NCBI GenBank assembly: GCA_002269645.1
Contig: NIVC01004354.1
Span: forward strand, 1 to 49,116
Direction of reading: 5' to 3'
Source of the DNA: Macrostomum lignano
Taxonomy: Eukaryota
Length of the DNA: 49,116 nt
This document shows, piece after piece, positions 23,831 to 44,420 of the stretch. Under the pieces are notes generated by a model. The model did not search any database and had not been told where the DNA came from. It saw only the letters and a program-made list of their open reading frames with translations. Made by a program: the position numbers and the translations under genes. Every line of letters begins with the position of its first letter. Positions within the stretch are counted from its first letter, which is position 1.

Positions 23831-24879
23831 AAATGTTTCCTGGTTGAATCGCGTCTTAAAAGTATTTAACTGAGTTTAAAAAATAGGAAAATGAAAATCG
23901 AAAGCGGTTAAAATCTGTCTGCGCTGCTACAAGCCACAGCGCAGGCGACTTCTGAGGCATTGGGAAAATTGGAAACGCGGGAGGAAGGGAGGCTGAGCAC
24001 GGGCCAGGCCAATAAGAGCGAGTTCCCTCCAGTCGAATGCCTGTGAGGGACAGATGTTGGGCGAACTCTGCAGAGAAGGGAGAGCACCGGGGTCCGGATT
24101 TGGGGGGGGGGGGGGGAAGGCCGCGGCGCAGAAGTGACGAATTGGGATAAAAAACCCGTGCCTGAGTAAGGGAGTAAAGAAATTGAAACTTCAAGAAGAC
24201 GGAAGTCTATCTTTCTAGAGAATTCTATTGACAAACTCTGTAATAAAAAACAGAGCAAATCGGCACTCAATCAGATCAGGCAGCTCATTGCGATTCAATC
24301 TTGAGCAGGAACGATAAGCAACACCCAACCAGTTTTGGTGAGCTCTGTGCTGTGTCAAAATGTTAGCCTATTTATTCATCTCCTCAATCCTTTCTCCTCG
24401 GCGAAACAATTCTTCCCGGGAGTGGCAAGAGCAAGAGCTTCAATCTTGTCTGGCTTGTTGAGTCCCTGCTGACAGCTGTGCCAGCGGCCTCGACCGCTTG
24501 CTGCTCTCGCTGGATAGGGGGCTGTTTGGGCGGGGTTGCCCAACTAATCTGAGGGATTACGGAGCTGCCCCGGTTCGTTTCAGAGCAGAGAAATCCTCAT
24601 CCAGCAAACCCCGATTCAAGTAGCTGTGCGACTGAGGCATAGCGAGACCCATGGCTTGGGTATTATCCTTTGTGTGCTCGGGAAAAGTTGTTCCTAGACT
24701 TGGCAACACAATGCTGGCTTATGATGCTGCTCTGTTGGGCCAGGCATGTCCTTGATATACGCGAGTATTTCAAGTTATGGGACAGGAAAAGAATTCAACA
24801 CGACAGCTTCCTCTGCACCGAAATAAATCGCACAAAACATTCTTCTAATAGCAAACATTTGCCAAACTTGTGAAAGATT

Positions 24880-25820
24880 GTGACTGAGAAACAGAGGAAG
24901 AAAGTCATGAGAAACAGAAGAGAAAGCCATGAGAAACAGATGGAGAAAGCCATGAGAAAAAGAAGGAGAAAGCCATGAGAAACAGAGGGTAAAGGACATG
25001 AGAAACAGAAAGAAAAAGCCATGAGAAACAGATCAAGAAAGCCATGAGAAACAGAAGTAGAAAGCCATGAGAAACAGAAGTAGAAAGACATGAGAAACAG
25101 AGAGAGAAAGACATGAGAAACAGAGAGAGAAAGACATGAGAAACAGAGAGAGAAAGACATGAGAAACAGAAGTAGAAAGACATGAGAAACAGAGAGAGAA
25201 AGACATAAGAAACAGAGAGAGAAAGATATGAGAAACAGAGGGTAAAGGACATGAGAAACAGAAAGAAAAAGCCATGAGAAACATATCAAGAAAGCCATGA
25301 GAAACAGAAGTAGAAAGCCATGAGAAACAGAAGTAGAAAGACATGAGAAACAGAGAGAGAAAGACATGAGAAACAGAGAGAGAAAGACATGAGAAACAGA
25401 GAGAGAAAGACATGAGAAACAGAAGTAGAAAGACATGAGAAACAGAGAGAGAAAGACATGAGAAACAGAGAGAGAAAGACATGAGAAACAGAAGTAGAAA
25501 GACATGAGAAACAGAGAGAGAAAGACATGAGAAACAGAGAGAGAAAGATATGAGAAACAGAGGGTAAAGGACATGAGAAACAGAAAGAAAAGGCCATGAG
25601 AAACATATCAAGAAAGCCATGAGAAACAGAAGTAGAAAGCCATGAGAAACAGAAGTAGAAAGACATGAGAAACAGAGAGAGAAAGACATGAGAAACAGAG
25701 AGAGAAAGACATGAGAAACAGAGGGAGAAAGCCATGAGAAACAGAGGTAGAAGGACATGAGAAACAGAGAGAGAAAGACATGAGACACAGAGAGAGAAAG
25801 CCATGAGAAAGACAGGGAAA
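24880..25820. repeat. 23-bp GA-rich minisatellite (catgagaaacagagagagaaaga)
   Basis: About 40 copies with recurring variant blocks. Confidence 0.96.
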
Positions 25821-27573
25821 ATGACACAGTAATGGTGAGCCAACATAAGTGACAGCAGCGGGGTACGAGAGGGGCTCAGGCAGAAGCCAAGCAAGCATCT
25901 CATCCGGGATGCAGCTGGCGCGACCCGCCGCCTCGAGCCTCAATGACACTTGAGGCGGTCCTCCCCCTGGCGGGACGTGTGCCGAACCGAATATAGCTGG
26001 CACAAATTCGAATTCCAATCGAGTGCCAGGAGAGCGCGGAGGCGTGGCCGAGCTGTCAAGCTGAGGATTAGCCGTCCCGGCGGCGGCAGACAAGGTCGCA
26101 TTAATGGAATATTTATTACTTGCTCCGAAATTATCTCTTTTATCCGTATTATTTTCGAAATCGATTCGAGAAATTGAGACGCTGTTTCGGAGCGGCCAAG
26201 AGTGCCTCCCTCATCAGCAGCAGAGCACACCTCATCGCAGCATCTCAGAAAGTGCTCGCCGAGAACATGGATTCCGCATTAAACGACCGTCGCAAGAATG
26301 CAGAAGCGGACTCAAACCCGGGACTGATCAATGGCTAAATCCTAGATCAGCTACTGTCAGTAGCGACAACAGAGTTTTTTCTGCCTAAAAGTACGTAAAC
26401 GACAGAAAAGCCATAAATTTTGGTTTTTTATTTCGACGGCTTTATTGCTGCCGGCAGGTGAGGCTAATTGCCAGTCATTTAGCTGAAGCCGCACGATAGA
26501 GAAAGCAATTATGAGAAGCTTCAGGCAGTCAGGCAATTTGCTAATCATTGGTGCAACTGTGCAACATAAATGGATCGTGCAGTTTGTAAGCTGGGATTAG
26601 GCGCATAAATAAATCTTGCTTGATTGATTCTAAGATATCGATTGCCACCCTCGGTCGCTAGCGAAGCGAAAGCAGCAGAGAAGTCTCCAGTCCGTTGCAG
26701 CTGTCAGATCGCGACATTGTCAAGCAGTGTCAAACGGATCCAGTAAACTGTGGCTGAGGCATGGGCTCTGGAGGATAACACAGTCTCATTGTGCGGGAAA
26801 TCCCGTCTAAACCCGGCTACTCTGCACGTGTCGCTGCACCCGACAAGGGCTCCGCACTGCGAGAGCGTGCAGCGGGGTGAAAATCTTCTGCAACTGTGTG
26901 GAGGCAGGAGGGTCGAAGGGGGGACTGGGGACACCTCATGAGTTCTCTTCCCCCCCCCCCTAGCAACTGAGTGAATGAACTCCCCATTGAATAATGCATG
27001 AACCCCTTCCGGCTCATTGCCGCTCAGCAAACAGGCCAGTGGGGTGAGCAGGGCCGCGGTGACGGGAACTGAGGCTGCTGAGAGAGGAGGACCTCGCAAA
27101 GATTTGGATCAGAAACATTTGTGGGATAAGAGATGCGGGATTATTGTAACTGCAATCCTCTAAGCCTAGTTCTCTTGGAGTCTGGCTATGGCTGCTTCTT
27201 GGCCTTTTCTTCTTCTTCGGCGTAAAAAAGAGGATCCGAGCGGAGGAGGCGACACGGCGCTTCCGGCCGCTACCGGTGCCGCCATAGGCTGGGGAAGTCG
27301 GAGGCACCCAGCCAGCCGCCTCTCTTCCCTCTCTAACAGGCCGGGGAAGCCAGCGACAATCTCCCCCTGATCGAGGCCAGTCACGAAAAGTGATTTATCC
27401 TCCCCCAAATCTCCTGCTCTCTTCTCCGCTTCTCTCACCCCGCCCAGCCTCCCGCCTCTCCCCTCCTGCATCATTCGACATCAGTACGAGCCAGTAGCTA
27501 AAAAAGGGTCACAGAAGTCGAGCATGGGGTAAAGCGACTCGGGGATCAGTTTGGAGAGGAAGAAGCGATCAGC

Positions 27574-34237
<6,664 letters not shown>

Positions 34238-35269
34238 ATTGGCGCGAAAAAAAAAACGGAAAAATCGATTTTAAAAAAACCAGAAAGTAACAGTTTCTCG
34301 AGGGTGGACAACAGATGCAGGATTTTTGTTCCGTTGTGTTTTTCGATGTTGAATAGCACAGGTCAGTATGAAAAGTAGCTCCTGTATGAAAACACGAATT
34401 TGTTATAAACTGCATTCTATTTTTGCAAATAACGCACCCCTTCATCTCATTGCTTTTTGACTAAACCCATGACTCACAAACATTAACAAGTAACTAACCT
34501 CAAACTATATTACTGACAGTAGGTAATTATTTTGAGTTCCTGGTCCTGAAAAATTCTGAGTGCAACAATATGCGAATAAAACTAATCAGTAAATTCAGTA
34601 AATACAAGTATGCAAATTTACAATGAGTTGAAACAATTTAATGTCACTTTTAATTAATTCCCAACATCTCACCTTCGATTTGGACTTCCAAATTGCAGCC
34701 AGCAGGTGTTTTTTGTCCGAGCTGCGCTCACAAGTTTATCAAGCTGTTTTTTGATAGGAGTCCAGCAAAGTTCCGGCGAAATTCAGCTGCTCCTGTCTTT
34801 GCAGTGTTTTGTCTGGACGGATTTGTCTATGGCCAAACCCAGTCAGCGCTGTGCAGAACGGCAAATCTTTTTAAAAAACACACAATGCAGTTTGCAGTTT
34901 GCATTTTTCCTGTTTTCAGGAAGCTTCCCACCTTGACCTTGCACTGTCACAATGGCCAAGTTTTTTAGTAAATCATGAAAAGAATCTTTTATGTTACCGA
35001 AATCCAAAATATGGTTGAAGATATTAGACAGCAGGCTATGTTGTTAAGCTGTGAACCAACTGGCACAGGTCGAGTAGGGTTCTTGTGTATTTGCGAATGA
35101 GCAGCTAGAGGTTATGTTAGCAAGTAGTACTGCTACTGAGCGCATACCCTGCCATTAGAGTCTTGGATAGCACAATAAGTTGGAGCAGCTACGAAAGAGA
35201 GGGTGAAAGGTTGGGTGAGAGAGTTTGTAGCAGATCGCACAAGCACGACAATGTCTACTAATTACCCTT

Positions 35270-35530
35270 GGGGAGCAGCTCCTCACGAATGATCATCTTG
35301 GAAAGCAGCTCTTCACGAATGATCATCTTGGGAAGCAGCTCTTCAGATCTTGTGGATCTCACGAATGATGGAGCAGCTCCTCACGAATGATCATCTTGAG
35401 GAGCAGCTCCTCACGAATGATAATCTTGGGAGCAGCTCCTCACGAATGATCATCTTGGGGAGCAGCTCCTCACGAATGATCATCTTGAGGAGCAGCTCCT
35501 CACGAATGATCATCTTGAGAGCAACGAATG
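35270..35530. repeat. 30-bp minisatellite (ggagcagctcctcacgaatgatcatcttga)
   Basis: About 7-8 copies just past the stop of the gene at 35668. Confidence 0.92.
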
Positions 35531-35667
35531 ATCGAGCGTAGCTCTTCAAAAAAGCCATTTTGGGAAGCAGCTTTTCATAACAATCATAAAAAGCAACTCT
35601 CAAGGACAACCAGTGGAAGCTAGCAAAAAGAGGAAGACAGAACTTAAGCAAACCTCAACGATAAGAG

Positions 35668-36864
35668 TCAGACGAGACTCGTCTGCTCCGCAGCCGAGCT
35701 GGAAGGCTCTCTCTCCTCTTTGAAGCAGAGCAGAAAATCCAGAGACTTGCAGCCGCGTCGCCGGCACATGACCCGGAAGATCAGCGCGGCGACTATCCAG
35801 AGGACGACAAAGATGGCTACGAGTACTAAGGCAACGACGATGCAGGAGGTACCGGCGACGCTGAATATCGCCGCAAAGTTAGACTTCGCGGCATCATCAC
35901 GGGAGTCGCAGCGATAGCTCATCACCGCTCGCACAGAAATTCCTCCGCCGCTGTCTTTCACAGTGTACGCTTCAATAAAGGCCAAGTTTTTCTGGTGGAA
36001 AAGCTTGATGAGTTTTAGCTGGGCATTGGGTGACTCCAGCTCAGGAGAGGCTCGGACAGCATCCAGCAGCAGACGGTTGTCGCTGGCCAAGGCGCTGCAC
36101 TTGGTCGGTGTCAGGTCGAGCTCGAATGTCGGCTGTCGCCAAATCCGGTAGAGATTCAGCTGGACGGTTGTCTCCGGCGACTCGTTGCAGGTCAGCGGGT
36201 CGCTCACCAGCACTAGGAAGGTCAGGTTGGTCGGAGCGTCCGGGGGCGGCCTGTAGGAGAGGATCAGGCGGCCGTCGCGGTCGTCCAGCCGGAGCCAGTC
36301 GGGCGCGCCAGTCGCTAGGTGGAAGCGCATCTCAGACTGCTCGGCGCCACGCGGCGGCACGGCGCGAAACCGGTACAGCTCCGAGCCGTTGAGGGAGCCG
36401 CGCCACAGGTGCAGGATTGGTGGAGTCTCAAGCGCCGGGAAGTCATCGTCAAGGAGAAGTTCCAGTGAGAATTCTATGATGGACGGCATCGGGTCGCCTA
36501 GCCTGGACGAGTTTACTTTCTCAACGCAGAGGTATTTCTCTGCAGCTGACCTGGAAGTCAGCTTCCGGTTGAGCGCCAGGCCGGTGACTGTCCGGGACAA
36601 ATAGGCAACTCTGCCGTCCAAGGGAGGCAGGTGCTCTAATTGCACTCCGTGGCTCACCTCAACCAGATTGGAGCCAAGTGAAATATTTGGCTTGAGCTTG
36701 ATGAAGATGCGCCCGTGAGCACCTGTAGGACAGCTGTCGAGTCGCTGAAGTTTCGAAGTCCAGACCGATGACGATGAGCAAGATGAGTGCACTCGAACTA
36801 ATTTTACGAAAACAATAAGCATGGATAGGACTTTGAAAATGTGAAATTTGACTTTGAATGGCAT
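35668..36864 (-). CDS. Type I single-pass membrane protein with cadherin-like ectodomain and C-terminal PDZ-binding motif, 398 aa, intronless
   Basis: Signal-peptide-like N-terminus, five N-glycosylation sequons and cadherin/CADG-like strands (LLDDDFP, PDWLRLDDRDGRLIL, LTFLVLVSDP). One long TM (FAAIF...AALIF) is followed by RVMCRRR; the protein ends TSLV. The ORF is solid; the cadherin-like assignment is inferred. Confidence 0.8.
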   Translation of the reverse strand: MPFKVKFHIFKVLSMLIVFVKLVRVHSSCSSSSVWTSKLQRLDSCPTGAHGRIFIKLKPNISLGSNLVEVSHGVQLEHLPPLDGRVAYLSRTVTGLALNRKLTSRSAAEKYLCVEKVNSSRLGDPMPSIIEFSLELLLDDDFPALETPPILHLWRGSLNGSELYRFRAVPPRGAEQSEMRFHLATGAPDWLRLDDRDGRLILSYRPPPDAPTNLTFLVLVSDPLTCNESPETTVQLNLYRIWRQPTFELDLTPTKCSALASDNRLLLDAVRASPELESPNAQLKLIKLFHQKNLAFIEAYTVKDSGGGISVRAVMSYRCDSRDDAAKSNFAAIFSVAGTSCIVVALVLVAIFVVLWIVAALIFRVMCRRRGCKSLDFLLCFKEEREPSSSAAEQTSLV

Positions 36865-37489
36865 CTCCAGTCTTCTTTTCTGTTCTAAGTTTATTTACGT
36901 GCGCGGCGTTGTCGGGAGCGAGAATTGATGCGATTATGCGCTATATAAAAATCTGCTCAAGAGGGAGAGAAAATGTCTATTGCATGACAAATGCAAGTAC
37001 GCGTACGAGCTAATTCACACCCACACCTGTACGCTCGTAGTTCCTTGTGCGCGCAGCCAATGGAGCTTGCTAAAGGGCTGAGATTTTCTTACCGCTAAAT
37101 TGTGTCGCAGGTTTTTTGCTGTGCGGTTTTACGTACGCTCGTACAGCAGAGACAGAGAGCTCGCTCGCTCACAAAAAAAGCTTTTCACAAACGTCCGCAT
37201 AGTACTGCTAAATATAGTAAGTTAAACAATTAGGCAAACCCTTGACAATATCCGTGGTTTTGCCACAAGGTTAGTAAAGCTGGGGAAGGTCCTTATACAC
37301 CCACCTCACTATGATTCGGCTGCTGCATTTTTCGAAGAGTTTATTCAGACGCAAACACCGTCTCGTGTACCAAACTTCGGTGTCAGACCTTCAAAGCTAA
37401 AAATTCAGCATTCATTCCGACGCAAACTAGAATCTGCTTGAACTTCGATCTATCTCTTCTATGTGGTATCTATGAGGCGCATTTGCCAT

Positions 37490-37643
37490 CTAAACTAAGC
37501 TAAAACTAAAACTAACGATCTGCAGTTCGACCATTGCTGGTTTCGCAAGTGGCTCAGCAATGGGCGATCCTGCCCATTCCACTGAAAGTTGGCCGCGCAT
37601 GGAATCGAACCAGGGACCGATGCGTTTACCACTGAGCTGCTGC
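37490..37643 (-). mobile_element. Short tRNA-derived SINE-like element with shortened head and (TTAGTT)-like tail
   Basis: Minus strand: cagctcagtggtaa (A box) and ggttcgattcc (B box) with no anticodon arm, an ~85-nt structured body, then ttagttttagttttagcttagtttag. Confidence 0.5.
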
Positions 37644-38129
37644 TATTAGAATTTATCGGGCGATGTTACTCGTGAGTAGCATTTAAGCGGTATTTAACTT
37701 CATTTGGAACCAAGTCTAGCGGCATGTGGTTCTTAATCAGCAGCGAAAAAGCAACACCCTGTCATTCGAAAAAAGACAACAAGGACACTAGATTACAGAC
37801 TCGCTTGAGCACTTTCAGGTTGGAAAATGAAAGAAGAAACAATTCCTATTCGGCTTGGCCGCTCATCAATAGGGAGACGCAGGTGCGCCACTGTCAGGTT
37901 GCTCAGCTCGCCCACCTATTATTATCCAGTAAACACAAGACCGTTGCCGCCCAACCAAGCCCGATGTAGCCGAGCTGCAGTCAAAACATTTCGAATAGCA
38001 CTCAGTTACCCTGTAAGGTGACTACCTGCAATCTGAGCTGTCTCTTCTGTTGGGGTTTGCCGCCTTCCTAATCTGACAGCACTACTCCTCTGTCTCCCTC
38101 TCAACAGCTAACTGACTTCTCGATCAACC

Positions 38130-39195
<1,066 letters not shown>

Positions 39196-39519
39196 AACTC
39201 AACGGCAGCCGAGTCAGGCCCATTGGAGCAAACTGCAGGGAAGGCCATTTTTTCTTTGCTTAACAGCCATGCAGGCAGGCAGGCAGGCAAAATCTGCTAA
39301 GGATCTCTGCTACTCCTGTTCTCGTTAAGGTGGCAAAGTGAGTAGCTCGCCACCTGACTATTCCCCATGCAACTTCCCTTCCCATTTCCTTCTCTCCGTC
39401 TCTTCGATCTTAAACTGAAGTGCCTTGCACCTGAGCCAGCCAACATGCGGGAGTATCGATCTGACAGCAGCTGGATTAAAAATAGCTGCCGATGCCTTTC
39501 TATCTGTCACCATTCTGTT

Positions 39520-39980
<461 letters not shown>

Positions 39981-40822
39981 GTGTTTATCTTCATGTTTGG
40001 TCAGCCTTTAAATATAGTTTAGATTATTTCCTGCATAAGCTAATTTCATTTTAGCTGCTTCATTTATTCTTAGAAATCTGCGGCTTCCCAGGAACAACCA
40101 GGCTTCAAGAGCGCCTAGCGAATCCCTGGGGACACGCAGTTCTTTCACTCGGAACATCTTTTTCCTATTTTATAACCCAAAGTTTAAGAAGCGACAAAGC
40201 AAGTCATGTTGCTGCTGGCCGAAAAGTGCCTCAATTTTCTAAGAAATAGCTAAGGCAGGCAAAACGGGGCGGGCGGAAGACCGGGCGCTTGGTAAGAAAA
40301 GCAGACAAAGTTAAAAGATAAGAATTCTTTGAAGGAATCGGGGAGAGGCCAGGAGAGGGGAGCAGAGCCAGGGGAAGAGAGAAGAGGATAGCCGTGTTGA
40401 ACGCGGGCGAGCAGGTGACACAAGTCCGGGAAGAGAGACAAGAAGGGAGCAAAGGATGGAGGCAGGTAGGCAGAGTGAGAGAATGGCAACCAACCCTTGT
40501 ACGCCTCTACATGGCTTCCCCCGTTGGCTAAAAGAGGGGGGGTTTATTAACGAGGATTTCGTTGCTATAGAGACAAGGCATGAAGAGAGAGAGAGAGAGA
40601 AGAGGCGAACACGAGCTGGGATGTCGCTATTGGGAAGGAGGCTGGGGATAGAACTAGATGAGGGAGGGGTTGGCGTGACACAAGACGGGCGAGCCCGAGC
40701 CGCATGGCAGGCCGTCATTAAGCCCCCCTTTTTGCCCGCCGGCCTCAAGTCTTTTCCGCAGTCGGTCTCGAACAGTTCAGGAGGACAAAAGTCCAAGAAG
40801 TTCGCAGCCAGCCACAGTCAAG

Positions 40823-42585
40823 ATGTCAACAGCAGCGTCAGCAATGCTTTCAGCGTCTTCGACTACCGAATCTGCCACTGCAGCTGCTGCTGATTCCGAC
40901 GCTGCTGCCACCGCCGCTTCGTTGGGCTTGCAGATTCCAGCTCTGCCACTCGGCGCCCGAGTCCTCATCATAGTGATCCTCGCAGCCTGCGGCCTGGTCT
41001 GCCTACTGGGAAACGCCGTCACCTGTCACGTGATCCTGCACTCGCGCCGGCTGCAGAGCACCACAAACTATTTTGTGATCGCGCTTAGCGGCTCAGCGAT
41101 GGCCTTCACGGTGACGCTGGCCATGGCGCTGGTTAGCCTGGCCGGCCTGTCCTGGCCGCTCGGCGACCCCGCCTGCCGTCTGGCCGGGGTCCTGCTGCAC
41201 AGCCACCTCGGTTGCAACGTCTGCCTGTTGCTGTCCATCCAGGCTGACAGGTACTACGCCATTGTGCGTCCGTTGAGCTCGCGTATTAGCCGTTCGGTTG
41301 CCAAGCGCCTCATATTCGCCAGCTGCTCGATCGGGGTCGCCTCGGCCGCGCCAATGGCCGCGCTTTACAGCCAGCGATCCGTCCTGCCCGGCGGCGGCCG
41401 CTTCGTGTGCGCGCCAGGCGGACAAACCGGTTTGGCGCTGGCCTACATCTGCCCCTACAGTGCGCTGGCCTTCCTGCTGCCCACCTGCGCCACTCTGGCG
41501 CTCTTTGTCCGCGTCTGGACCTACCTGTGGACCATCAACCAGCCGAGGGGCTCGGTGCGCGGCGGCCGGATGCTGCAGAGGACTGCAAATCAGGTTGGGG
41601 CGCGGGATGGAGCTCAGTGATGCTGGTTATTGCTTTGGGTAATCATTGCTAGCTTATAAGATATACTCGCTACTGAGCTACCCTCTGCTCTACTGAGCTA
41701 CCCTCTGCTCTACTGAGCTACCCTCTGCTCTACTGAGCTACCCTCTGCTCTACTGAGCTACCCTCTGCTCTACTGAGCTACCCTCTGCTCTACTGAGCTA
41801 CCCTCTGCTCTACTGAGCTACCCTCTGCTCTACTGAGCTACCCTCTGCTCTACTGAGCTACCCTCTGCTCTACTGAGCTACCCTCTGCTAAACTCAAGCT
41901 GACGCTTTACCAAGCTGACGCTTTGACGTTTACTAAACTACTCAAGCTGAGTAGTTTAGTAAACTCTGCTCTACTAAACTACAGTCAGCTACTCTCTCAG
42001 CTACAAGCTACCCTTTCACTCAAAAGCCCAGACCTGACAGCTTCATCGCCACTGAATTCCCTTCAATGTCGATAAATTAGGTTAAAAATCAAAATACCCG
42101 ACCCCCCATTGAACAAGGTACCTCGCGCCAAAGTGAAAACATTCAAGCTGATGGCCACAGTGGCGCTGACGGACCTCACGGCAATGTCGCTGGCTCAAGT
42201 CCTGGTGCTGGTCTTCGTCGGCATAGCGGGCGCGGCAACCGCTTTGGCGACGTTGGAAACCACCGACAGGCCATTGGGTTTCGATCCGTTCGTGCTGTCA
42301 GTGAGCCTGTACAGCCTGGCCGGCCTGTCCAAGCCGGTCTTGTACGCCTGCATGAACGCCAACTTCCGGCGCGGCTGCCGCGAGGTTCTCTGCTGGTCCA
42401 AGCGGCGCGTCTACCGCCAGGAGCTGTACACAGTCACCAGCGTGTCCGTGTTCAGCAAGCGAAACTACGTCACCGCGGTTGACATCAGCGGCGCGGTTGC
42501 AAATCGCTGGGAGAATCCGTCAATGTTTGAGGTGACCTCATCAGCAAAAGCGTCACCGATTGGAGGTCATGGTAACGCGATTTGA
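40823..42585 (+). CDS. GPR19: GPR19-like class A GPCR, 412 aa; exons 40823-41593 and 42118-42585
   Basis: HSRRLQSTTNYFV, ADRYYAIVRPLSSRISRSVAKRLI, RTANQ|VPRAKVKTFKL, SKPVLY..MNANFRRGCRE and YTVTS...KRNYV match the GPR19 pattern as recalled. The phase-0 intron 41594-42117 is GT..AG. Confidence 0.9.
41670..41890. repeat. 20-bp minisatellite (tactgagctaccctctgctc) in GPR19-like intron
   Basis: About 11 identical copies. Confidence 0.97.
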
Positions 42586-42769
42586 ACAATTACTTCCGTC
42601 TGCTTAGAGGCGGCGGATCGCATTTAACTAGCCCAATGATTGATCAACTTGTATTAAGACCGTACTTTTAATTGATAATTGCTTAAATGCTTTGCTATCG
42701 TGAATTGAATGCCTTAGGGAAGATGGTGAAGACAGTGGAAAAAAGTAGCAAAGCAGGGGTGCCAGCCGG

Positions 42770-43160
42770 AGGGTGGTTGGCGGAGTGAGGTTGTTGGCGC
42801 AATAAGGAGGTTGGCGAAGTGAGGTGGTTGGTGGAGTGAGGTGGTTGGCGGAGTGAGGTGGTTGGCGGAGTGAGGTGGTTGGTGGAGTGAGATGGTTGGC
42901 GGAGTGAGGTGGTTGGCGGAGTGAGGTGGTTGGTGGAATGAGATGGTTGGTGGAATGAGGTGGTTGGTGGATTGAGGTGGTTGGTGGATTGAGGTGGTTG
43001 GTGGAGTGAGGTGGTTGGCGGATGGAGGTGGTTGTGGTGGAATTAGGTGGTTGGTGGAATGAGGTGGTTGGCGGAGTGAGATGGTTGGTGGAATGAGGTG
43101 GTTGCATGGCGGAGTGAGGTGGTTGGTGGAATGAGGTTGTTGGCGGAGTTAGGTGACGGA
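42770..43160. repeat. 17-bp G-rich minisatellite (ggagtgaggtggttggc)
   Basis: About 22 variable copies. Confidence 0.93.
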
Positions 43161-44289
43161 GGGAAATTATTGCTTATAATATTACATATTATACAATATC
43201 AACTACATAACTACATGTATGGCAATACGCGTCTACATCTATTTTACTCGATGCGATTTTGAGCACAAACTTAGCGCCACAAGAACACGTTGTTACCGGA
43301 TAGCTGGGGAGATAGCTGAATAGCTAAATGAAAGCGCATTCTGCTCTTAGCTGGCACTGCTAAACTATTGCTTTGAACGAGCACCGCACACTAGCTAGCA
43401 TTTTAGCTATTAGTATTGTAGCAGATCTCTGTCTGCTACAGAGTTTCTTTATTTTAAACTGTACCTCATTGTTAGTACATTTTTGACTGACGCCTGCTTT
43501 TTGGCTGAACTTTATTAGATTTTGCATCTATCTACGGATATTAATAATAAAAAATACATGCACGAGCAATTAGATGGTGAATAAAATCAAGTTGAGGTGT
43601 CGCTTTCTGTTGACAGTACAGGTAGAGTGTTCAGCCTTGACTTAATGATTATCAGCCCAGAAGGGAAGATATCTGTCTGTATTTTATGATGCAAAAATGA
43701 AACCAGATAGCTTGAAAATGAATAATAGTTCCTGCGTGCATTGATTGACTCAGTAATGTACGCTTGGGAAACGGCTCCATATTCCAAAAATCAACTGATT
43801 GCTATAAGAGGTGAGCAGGTATTTATAGTACAAATGGGACATAGCATATTTACACTAGACGCTTTGCGCGCGTGACTGTAGAACGCTTGCAGTCGGGATA
43901 TTTTTGGGAAAATATTTGTATTCAGATTAGCTACACTAGAGCCTTTTATCCTTACAGCAGATTCGGGAAAGGCACACACAATCAAATGCAGGTATTGAGC
44001 TTCAGCGTGTGCAGCAGACTAACCAAGTTTGCACACTGCGGTGCATCGAAAATGCAAACATCCTGCTCACCTTATTTCAACCGAATGCAAGCCTTGATTT
44101 GGGTGTGTTGGAGTACTTTAGTCTGCTTCAACTTTTTTAGGTAAAACAACTGATACCCGACTAACCGCTAGTTGGCTTCAATTAACGCCCTTCGTTTGGA
44201 AAGGCCTAATGAAAAATAGTCCATTTTGTGTCAAATAAAAAAATCTATACCAGTTAAAAATAATGATTTATAATCGCACACAATATTTC

Positions 44290-44420
44290 TGCGGACAATT
44301 GACTGCCAGTGACAATTGACTGCCGGTGACAATTGACTGCCGGTGACAATTGACTGTCGGTGACAATTGACTGTCAGTGACAATTGACTGTCGGTGACAA
44401 TTGACTGCCAGTGACAATTG
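44290..44420. repeat. 17-bp minisatellite (gacaattgactgccagt)
   Basis: About 7-8 copies. Confidence 0.92.

Noticed and set aside
37520-37570. Hammerhead-like GAAAC-CA-GCAA-TG-GTC stem III on the minus strand
   Set aside because: The core reads CTGAGCC rather than CTGANGA, and stem I cannot pair (G opposite G).
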